Assembly (NCBI GenBank): GCA_963786955.1
Contig: CAWBAT010000006.1
Span: forward strand, 544,001 to 608,000
Length of the DNA stretch: 64,000 nt
Direction: 5' to 3'
Source: an uncultured Acidimicrobiia bacterium
GTDB taxonomy: Bacteria > Acidobacteriota > Terriglobia > Versatilivoradales > Versatilivoraceae
A program made the position numbers and the translations under genes. Shown piece by piece: positions 54,921-64,000 of this stretch. Each line of letters begins with the position of its first letter. Position 1 is the stretch's first letter. The notes beneath the pieces are model-generated. The model was given only the letters and a program-made list of their open reading frames with translations. It searched no databases and was not told the DNA's origin.

Positions 54921-57900
54921 TTAGTTTATGGCTTTCCGGGTCTGGTTATTTTCCTCATTCAATTCGTCCACCAGATTCCCCGGATCAACCCTGAAGATCA
55001 GGAGTCGGTTCCCTTTTCCTCGAACTCCGGAGAACTCCATCTGCGACCTCTTGGGCAAAAGATCTACCGGGGCATCCATCCCGGGGAAATCCTTTTTCAA
55101 GATGACAACTCGCTTTTCATTTTCGATGCCACGGTAAATGCCGGTGAATTTACCGACCCGATGTTGTGGATGGTTAAGACTCCTTTGTCTGTCACTGGAG
55201 TCATACTCTAAGTCACTGGGTCCAACGGCCAGGTCAGGGAGCGTCAAAATCGGGGCGGCTTTTTTGGTCTGTTTGAAGTCAATGACGGTTTTCTTGAGTG
55301 GACGGAGACTGAGAGGAATTTCTGAAAAACGCTTCAGAGAAAGTTGTCGGCGTGTCGTTTCCACATCAATTTGATCGTCCTGATCATCGCCGGAAACGTC
55401 CGTCCCCTCGACAACCTCATAAGTGCCATTTTCGAGCCCCCAGACTCGCATGTTGACGTCAAGCAGGCTCTTCCCCAAATTGAACGCAATCAACCGGAGA
55501 TGATCAGGCGTGGATTTCAGCACGACGGCGGAGAGATTTCCCTGGGCTCCCTCCCAGCTGATTTCATGCCCGGGGAAGGTGATGTGATTGTAAAAAGCCA
55601 CCCCCCCAAGTCGTGCCCTCTGCAAAGCACGCTGGGACAGGAGAATGCTTCCGGTTGCAGGCTCGCTTTCTGTATAGAGCACACGATTCTGGATCTGGTG
55701 TTTCAATAGTGCGGCCTGGTATTCCTCCAGGTATCGTTTCTTGCGGGTCCATTCAAATGCGACTTGCCGTGCCAGTAATCCGGTTTCGTCCTCTTGCAGA
55801 TTATGATCCCAAATGTTGGACCGTTCCACTTCCCGCAGGATCGCGTCGCCAAGGATTTCTGGATCGACAAGGTCTAGCCAACGCCCGGCGATATTTTCCG
55901 CCAAGGCTATGTCGCCCGACTGAACCAGCTTGTTCAAGAGCCAAAGGTACCTGTTGTCGCCGGTCAACCGGTGAAGCCCCCAGAAAAGATTCACGACATC
56001 CGGACCGGGTAATCCTCGACTGACCACTTCATCCGTGATGAATCGAATGCCTTGGACCATCTTTGGGTAGCGATCTCTGGGATAGGCGTCTTTTTGCCAA
56101 TGGGCATCGAGGGAATTTGCATATTCGCGAAGCCACTCCATGACCTTCGGATTGCCATTGTACCAAGCCAGGACTAAAGCCGGTTGAAGGAGGAGTGCAC
56201 TGTTCCGATCTTGTCGTCCGAAAACGCCATCCTCAACCAAATCCGTGGCACTCAAGAGATAGGAGCGAAAATGCCGGTGGACGGCCTCATTTGTGCCCGT
56301 AATCCGCTCCAATTGTCTGACTGACTCCATGAGCCGTTCCACCCAAAGCGGGTTTCCGTAGTCCAAAATGGCTGCCGCGCAGAGCAGATTTAACCCCTGC
56401 CGGTACTGTTGCACTGGGTCCGAAAGCGTTGATCCCAAACCATCCTTCAAAAAGCCCATGCGATAACAAGCGTCGGCAGTCGCAAGCAAAGCCTTTTTGG
56501 CCGACCCGGCAGAACTGTCCATCAGAGCAATTCCAGCCCAGTTGGTCAGCAAATTCGTATCCTGGGTTAGTCCATCCCCCCATTCCCCCGTCGGCAACTG
56601 TCTTTTCTTCATCCACCAGTCCAGAACGTCTTTAGAATTCTGAACCAGTACTCGCTGCTGAAGAGCCCACTGCGGAATATCGGGGGAGGGCGACACGGGT
56701 TGCTTAAAATCCAGTGGAGGAACAGAAGGATTCAGCCATGTTAGATACGCCATTGCCGTGGGTTCTTTTGGATCTACCTGCAAAACAGATTCGATCACAC
56801 GAAAGAGTTCATCGACCCCTTTTAACTGCCGCCGCAATTTGGAATAGTCAATCGCCGCCCATGAATTATAGGCACTAAAGGTCTGGAAACATTGGCGAAT
56901 CCAGGCAAACCGATCCGTCAAATATTCATTTTTGCCCCGATCCGTCAAGGTCCCCTGCTCGGATTGGCTCGTCCATACCTCCACTCGCGCTCCAGTCAAG
57001 AATCCGGATCCGAAATCTTTTGAATCGCTGGCAAAAGTGAGCCATAAGGGCGCATTGATGGGTATGATCGTATCAGGAATATCGATGACCAAGTCCGTAG
57101 GGTTAGAGTTTGACAACCTGAATTGGACGTCAGCCAGATTTCGCTCTGGATAGACAGGGTCCTTAATCTGCAAATTTACCATGGATTCCTGCTGACCGCT
57201 CTGAAGGGTCGGTGTGAACTGGAAGCGAAGAGCATCAAAGGGGGTATGACCCAAGAAAGGAGGCAAGATGACATGGAAATAGTGGAATTGCTCTGAATGA
57301 TCGACGACTGGCGGCGGACTTGTCGGAAAAATCTCGGGGGGGACGCCAACCCAAGCACTTCGATCTCCTGGGAGGTATCGTCGCATGAGTTTTGTTTTCT
57401 CACCAAACAGGTTCATCATCTGGGCGCGTGAGACACCTGTTAGCTTGCCTGCTTGCTCTGCCGGCAAGAGACGAAAAATCACTTTGCTTTCTGAAGTATT
57501 GCCCGACAGCTTTTCTTGATTCGACGGAATGGATGCCACGTTTTGCACGGAATAAAGGCCCAACTCCCGCAAGAATCCGTCTTTCCGCTGGATCAATAGT
57601 GAAGTGGGATTAATAGGCGCGTTCAGAAGTGTTTGAAAATATCTCGGTCAGAGAATCGGAAATCTTCCAGCAGCAAATGCTTTTGGCCCTGACTCGCCTG
57701 AAAAATTTGACCTCGTAAACTTCCTTGAATCTGAAGAAGATTCCATGCCTGCGAATTAGGGCCAAACTCCAACGAGCTTCCCCGCTTCAGAAGCCTCAAA
57801 CTCTTTCAAAGGCCAACCGGTTTCACTCTTCCCGTCATTGGCATTTCCCAATGAGCTTTCCCGAGTCGCGACCTTCACCCAGCAGGAGCTTTCGAATAAA

Positions 57901-58797
57901 GGTAGGGGAGGTAATGATTAGGTAGAGAATTTGGGCTCTTGCCATCCAAATCGGGACCTCCAATGCTGATTCCACAATTCAGGGTTGAGGCTGGCGATCG
58001 AGGGCATACTTCCTGCCCGACCACTCCCCAACTCGATTAGATTCTGAATTTGAGTCGCATTGAGTGCGCTCGAATAGATCCTGAACTCGTCGATCCACAC
58101 TCGGCGTTCGTTACCGATCGGTTTTTTGGGGGGACGATTGTTTGGCATGAATTCCGATCTGATCCAGTGGCGGCCTCTAGATGAAGTTCCTTTTCGGATT
58201 GTTCCGACCAAGTGACCATCGACGTAAAGTGCCAGACCGTCCAATTCATCCCAGGTAAATGCGAAATAGAAACCAGCGCCCTGCCACCAATACTGTTTTG
58301 TCTTCCGTGCTGATCTGGTAGAGGTGTCCATCCTGGTCTCTTACCTGAAATTCCAGACTCTCGCCATTCCAATAGATTTGGGCAAAAGCATAATCCCAAT
58401 TCGCCTGCTGGGCAAAACTGACTCGGACAATGGAGAATGGCGTTCTGCCCATCGGCTCATCGAGTTTCCACCAGAAACCCATTGTCCCTCTCTCCGCATA
58501 AACATTTCCGGGTGCATCATAGGAGATCAGCGCGTCGTTCTCAAGATAGGCGCCCCGATCTCTCCGCCCATCTCGGACAATTCGGCCGAGCTGAGCAATC
58601 AGCGGGGTATCATCGCCAAGACGCAAATCGGCAACAAAGTTCTTGTCAAAGGAAGTATAGAAGAGAAGAGAGGATTCTTCGTCCGCCTGTAAAAGTAGGC
58701 TGCCAGAAGCGACTTAAGGAGGAAGGAACAAGACAGCGAAAAGGGCAAGAAAGACTGTGCAGGAAACCCAACTGGGGAAGGTAAACTTAAGCCTCAT
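54921..58797 (-). CDS. Large secreted protein with N-terminal LamG-like jellyroll and C-terminal CARDB-like domain (multiple frameshifts)
   Basis: Signal peptide MRLKFTF…LALFAVLFL; AERGTMGFWWK, FAFTWDE..GLALYVDG, IDEFRIY; C-terminal PDLAV…VDPGNLVDELNEENN. Confidence 0.7.
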
Positions 58798-58819
58798 GAA
58801 ATTTAGAAACAGCTCTGAC

Positions 58820-61691
58820 TTATCTGATCCCGCTGAATTTTTCCTGGAGTAGGCGAATTTGCTCGTCAAACGGAAGGGTACTGACTGAAATTGGGGATTC
58901 GGCCTTCCGCGGCTGGGTTTTTTTATCGGGCTGGTGTGTTGGCTCTGTCTTCTGATGAGGCTTCGCAAACTGCTTGGCTGCCTGGAATTCGCTCGATTGC
59001 CAGGCGGAGGGGATATGCGTTTTTCCTTTTTAACAGAGGAAACGGTACCTTTGTCTTCTGGATCGCGATGTTTTTCCTGTCGCCTCGGCACTCGCTGCAG
59101 CCGCCCGGAGAGCGTGGGAGGGCTTTGCCCGATGGGTGTCTTCTCGTTCTGGATGACTTTTCTTTGGTCGCTCGGGAAAAAGAGCCTTGATCGACAATGA
59201 AATTCTTTTCATAGCCACATCCACGCCAATGACTTTGACCTTCACGATCTGCCCACATGAACCGCATCCCGGGGATCCTGGACAAAACGAGTCCGAGAGT
59301 TCCGAAACATGGACCAGACCATCCTGATGAACGCCGATATCGATAAACGCTCCGAAATTGGTCACATTAGTAACAGTGCCTTCGAGAACCATTCCTGACC
59401 CCAAATCGGCCACATCTTTGACGTCATCGCGAAATGCCGGAACAACAAACTTATCCCGCGGATCTCTGCCTGGCCTAAGCAGTTCCTGCCTGATGTCATT
59501 TAAGGTATAAAGTCCGACTTTTTCATCCACAAATGGTTGCAGGTCCAATGTCTCAACTTGATGGTTGTTCTCAATGAGATCGTTCACCGACAATTCCAAG
59601 AGCTCCGCGATCTTTTCAACCACTTCATACGATTCCGGATGCACGGCAGTCGCATCCAATGGGTTTTCGCCATCTTTAATTCGCAGGAAACCCGCTGCTT
59701 GCTCAAACGGATTTCTCCCCGAAACCCGGCACCTGCATCAGATGGGTTCGAGCGCCAAATCGTCCCTTACTGTTCCGATGATCAACGATTGCTTTAGCTG
59801 TTCGTTGATTAATCCCAGAGCAATAACGAAGCAATTCGGTCGACGCCCGATTCAAATCAACACCAACGCGATTCACGCAAGACTCGATCGCAACCTCCAA
59901 ACCATCCTTGAAGCGCTTTTGATCGACGTCGTGCTGGTACTGCCCAACCCCAATCGACTTTGGATGGATCTTGACGAGTTCGGCGAGCGGATCCTGCAAT
60001 CGACGGGCAATCGAAATGGCTCCACGCACTGTCAGATCTAATTTTGAAAATTCACGCCGCGCAGAATCGGAAACCGAATAAACGGAAGCACCCGACTCGT
60101 TCACCATGACAGAAAAAATCTCGTGCCGTTCTTCAGGGATCGTCTCGATCACAGGGGGCGTTACAGAATGGACCGGGAAACTCTTTTCCTCTAGGGCCGA
60201 TTTGTCTACTGATGCACCCACCTCAGTCTGGCTCTCAGCCGGGTCGTTTTCCGCTGCCACGAGCGCCTCGACAGTTTCGCTATCACCCAGGCCTTCCGCC
60301 ACGACATCAGGCCAACTCATGGGAAGGTGGTTGGAGGTTCCCGAGGGGACGAGTTCCGCTGCACTAGGTTCGGCAGGAGCCTCTGCTGGCGGCGTTTCAG
60401 GAGTCATCACGTCTGCTGCAGTACATTCGGAAACGTCCTCGCCCTTTATTTCCAAACCCGGAGCGACTCCCAACGCCTCTCCATTCTTATACTTTCGAAG
60501 AAATTCTTTGATAAAAGCGTCAGTTTCACGAGACCCCGTTCCATTCCCGATCGCAATGGCCTGCACCCCATGTTTCTGAACCAGTCGATAGAGAATCTTT
60601 TCAGACCCAACGAAATCGATCCTGGGCGCGGTCGGATAAATGGTGGCGTGTTCCAGGAATTTGCCGGTTGCATCGACTACCGCAACCTTGCAGCCGGTCC
60701 TAAAACCTGGGTCCACTCCCATGACGACAATCGGCCCGGCCGGCGGCGACAAGAGCAGATTGGCCAGGTTCTCTTCAAATACTTTGATGGCTTCGTGATC
60801 CGATCGTTCTTTCAGGAGTGAACGAATCTCGCCCTGGAGGTTTGGATTCAATAATCGGTCATAACTATCCTTGATCGCCGTATTCAGGAAGGGGGAAAAG
60901 ATAGAATCATCCTGTTTGAGCAAACGGGCAGATATGGTCTGAATAGCCTTCTCCCGGTCGATCTCAATGCTATGGCTCAGCACCTGCTCTTTTACGCCCC
61001 GGCGAACTGCCAGCACGCGATGAGAGGGAATCTTTGACACCGCCTCACGGAAGTCGTAATACATCTCGAATTTTGTCTTCTGTCCGATTTTGTCTTTATT
61101 GACCTTCGAGACAACCATCCCTTCTTTCAAGAACATCTCACGGAGGTTCTTCCGTACTTCCAGTTCTTCGGAAACCCATTCTGCAACAATGTGCAAAGCC
61201 CCCTCAATGGCTTCCTCCCGTGTGTTCACATTCTTCTCGGGATTAATATAGGCTTCTGCAGCTTCTTCAATGGACTGGTCGCCTGCAACTTGATCGCGAA
61301 TATAGCAAGCCAGTGGCTCCAATCCCTTGTCGATCGCTAAACTGGCCTTGGTTTTCTTTTTTGGCTTGTAGGGTAGGTATAGGTCTTCGAGAAGAGCCTT
61401 CTCAAAGCAGGCAAGGATCCCGCTCTTTAAGGCCTCGGTAAGCTTTCCCTGCGTCTCGATGGACTTGAGGATCGTCTCCCGACGATCAGACAGCGACTTG
61501 TAATATTCCCGGCGCTCGGAAATGGTGCGAATCTGGACTTCGTCCAAGTTCCCAGTGACTTCCTTCCGATAGCGTGCAATGAAAGGAATCGTGGCTTCGT
61601 TTTCCAGCAAACTGATGGTCGCCAAAACTTGCTTGGAAGAGACAGAAGCCTCATTTGAGATCCTGTCGATAATGACTTGCTCCAATCCCAT
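58820..61691 (-). CDS. tex: Tex family RNA-binding transcriptional accessory protein (frameshifts in 3' part)
   Basis: ATIPFIARYRKE, LEDLYLPYK, GVDPGFRTGCK, NESGASVYS, IGVGQYQHD, S1 domain NFGAFIDIGVHQDGLVHVSEL. Confidence 0.93.
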
Positions 61692-62043
61692 GAATCGTTA
61701 CCCCCTATGAAAACGAGCTATTATAGCAGAACGCGCCGAAATGCAAACGAGCTTATCGTGTGTGCGGGGAAAAGAATCGAAAACCCCAACTCTTTGCTGA
61801 ACGATCGAAGTGATAGATGCATTCTGGAAAACCGCGGGGGACGGGGATTAAAGATCCACTACAAATCGCCCAGACAGAACTCAGTACAAATCTAAAAGCA
61901 CTGACCACGGTTCCCCGCAAAGACCATGATGAAGTACGTCTAAACGCGCTTAATTATTGAAGTCAAGTCCTATTGGTTCAGGCAAGCTAGTTGATCGCGT
62001 TTAGGCGTGTGCCCCGAGTCGGCTTCACCGGAACCGCCAGACC

Positions 62044-63600
62044 TCACTCGAAAAGAGATCCGACTGGAACAACCTTGGATTTGCTCTTATTGATCGCGAG
62101 CGGAAGCGTTTCAATGGTTTTGTCTGCCTGCCGAATATTTTCAGACACAGGTGCTGCATACTTGATGGGTGAAGGGGCATTGGACTGCATTGCGCTCATC
62201 AGATCGTCTGCATGATCGGCAACCACAGCAATCACCAAGTTACGAGGGCTAATATATTGTTTGATCACCCGATTGACTTCGCTGACACTCGACTTATTCA
62301 GTTCCTTCTCGATGCGGTCCAGATAATATTCTGTCCCATAGAACTCGGAGTCCATCTGATAGCCGAGTCGCCGGTCTAAGGTCTGGGCCCACAGTTTTGA
62401 ATAAGAAATGAGGAACATCCGCGTTTTCTCGAATTGCTCTTGAGTAAGGCCATCTTTGACATACTTGTTCAACTCATAGAGAGCCGCTCGAATCGCAAAA
62501 TGGGCTTTTTCTGGCGGTACAGGCCGAAGCCAGATACTGAAGTACTGCTGCCTTAATGGAGTATTGAGATCAGGAAAGCGCGTGTTACTTCTTACTCCTC
62601 CGATAAATCTTTCGATATAGGAGTAATCCCCGTAGTTTAATCCTCGCTCTTCACGGAGTTGGTTCATGAGTACTCCATTCATAGAACGATGTTCTCCAAA
62701 ATAAGAGTTGGCGAGAAGCAAAGGATAAAAGTCTTTGTCTTTGGGGGTGAGGAACAGGGAGTGTCCCATGGACACAGCAGTCGCCCGAGCCGGTTTTTGA
62801 ACAAGGGTCACCTCGAAGTCGTCGATCTTTCTCGGTTGCGGCAATTTCACCACAGTCGAGTCTCCGCCTCCCCGCGCCGAAAAATCTTTCTTCATCCGAT
62901 CGATCAGAGTCTTTGGATAACCACCGGCAACACCAATCCAGAAATTGTCTGCGACATAATGGCGGTGGTAATAAGCCTTAACGTCATCCATGGTGATGGA
63001 TTTCAGCCCGCTAACGGTCGCTCCGGCGGTGCCATAAGGATGTCCGGCAAACAGGGAAAGAATCATCGTTTCCTTTCCCAAATCTTCATCGTCGCTCCCT
63101 CGGAGAGTCTTTTCCAAATAGCTGAGAGCTAAATCTCTGTTCCGGGTGAAATCATCCTGTGTCAAAACGGGGTTTAAGAATCAAACTCGAAAATAATTCA
63201 TAGAATTGGTTGAGGAAATCCCGGTGGACTTTTCCCTCAAACGTGGTGAGTTCCTTGTCAGCCTGGACACTAATGGTGGCAGCCCATGGATAGAGCTTTT
63301 CCAGCACTTGAGGGTACTTGAGTTCTTGAGTCCCGCCTTCGGCCAGCATTGAAGCTGTTAGCTCATTCAGCCCTGCTTTTCCTTTGGGGTCATTAATGGA
63401 ACCCACTCGCACGATGATCCGGAAACTGATTAACGGAGATTGCGGTGCGTCCACTTCAGTAAATTTGACCCCAGCCTGCGAAGAGTGCTGTAAGAAGAGG
63501 AGGACGATAGCGAAGACCGCAACGGACACCACGCCCACCCATATCGGTGGAAACTACTCAGCCTTCGAAGAACCTGATTCAGCCAGGATATCGATCTCAT
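62044..63600 (-). CDS. M16 (pitrilysin) family peptidase subunit lacking HxxEH (frameshift ~63155; start uncertain)
   Basis: GSINDPKGKAGLNELTASML, HPYG, LREERGLNYG. Confidence 0.85.
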
Positions 63601-64000
63601 TGGGCCGCACCATCCTTTGTTAAGATGACCACTGTCCGATTCGTGGGTTTGAAATATTTATTGGCGACTTCCTGAATTTGACTCGCCGTAATCTGATCAT
63701 AGATTGCATAGACTCGATTCACCGAATCCGGATCTCCAGTCATCGCGTAATAATTGGAAAGAACTCTGGCTACCGCATCAGGGTTATCCAGACCCATCGC
63801 AAAACTGTATTTCAGATGGGACTTTACGCCCGACGAGCCGCTCTGCACGAATCGGTTTCGATTTGAGCCTCTTCAATCGCGGCTTCAATCATCATCCGAA
63901 CTTTTGCAATATTCTTGGGATCCTTAACCCGGGCCAGAATCAGGAACATACCCGGGATCTCGAGAGTCCTGCTGCTCCACCAAAGAGGAACTCGACAAGT
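63597..64000 (-). CDS. M16 family peptidase, C-terminal part (runs off window)
   Basis: YDQITASQIQEVANKYFKPTNRTV; ATGA overlap with the downstream M16 gene. Confidence 0.75.

Noticed and set aside
60121-60495. Intein in Tex
   Set aside because: No N-terminal Cys/Ser block, no C-terminal His-Asn, no endonuclease motifs.
61763-61919. Structured ncRNA between tex and the M16 gene (tgcggggaa…ttccccgca)
   Set aside because: Only a 9-bp inverted repeat; no recognisable tRNA, 6S, SRP or tmRNA features.

Overview
Bacterial chromosomal window. Gene families point to Acidobacteriota (inference). Many genes are split by single-base indels, which most likely reflect long-read assembly error rather than pseudogenisation. 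I saw no rRNA, tRNA or CRISPR array. 0.9-13.8 kb is an accessory signalling-like island. It holds a ~965-aa orphan protein, a clostripain (C11) protease with an inserted (LSKGPG)5 repeat, a TPR-CHAT protease, a Ser/Thr kinase, an ECF sigma factor and a single-TM anti-sigma-like protein. Three copies of a TGAAAT-N17-CAT(A/T) promoter-like motif and a duplicated ~110-bp upstream element tie the island together; it is my best candidate for an undescribed system. Next come a sigma54-driven FecR/DUF6600-type gene divergent from an NtrB/NtrC-type pair, then a radical SAM gene, hydroxyacid-oxoacid transhydrogenase, moaA, an A-type Fe-S carrier and a 2Fe-2S protein. A tetraether-synthase (Tes/MJ0619)-like radical SAM follows and, together with a PlsA/PlsR(Ger)-like pair at 49-54 kb, suggests ether or membrane-spanning lipid synthesis. 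The middle has a RAYT transposase with many GTAG REP doublets, gltX, tpx, acs, xylA and a cysM-mec-(moaD-moeB-rhodanese) sulfur-carrier operon. The remainder has SDRs, an M1 aminopeptidase, a PQQ-type dehydrogenase with cytochrome c, an ornithine cyclodeaminase-family gene, a LamG-type secreted protein, Tex and two M16 peptidases. Small elements that share terminal inverted repeats but carry different hairpin cargo occur at four sites.
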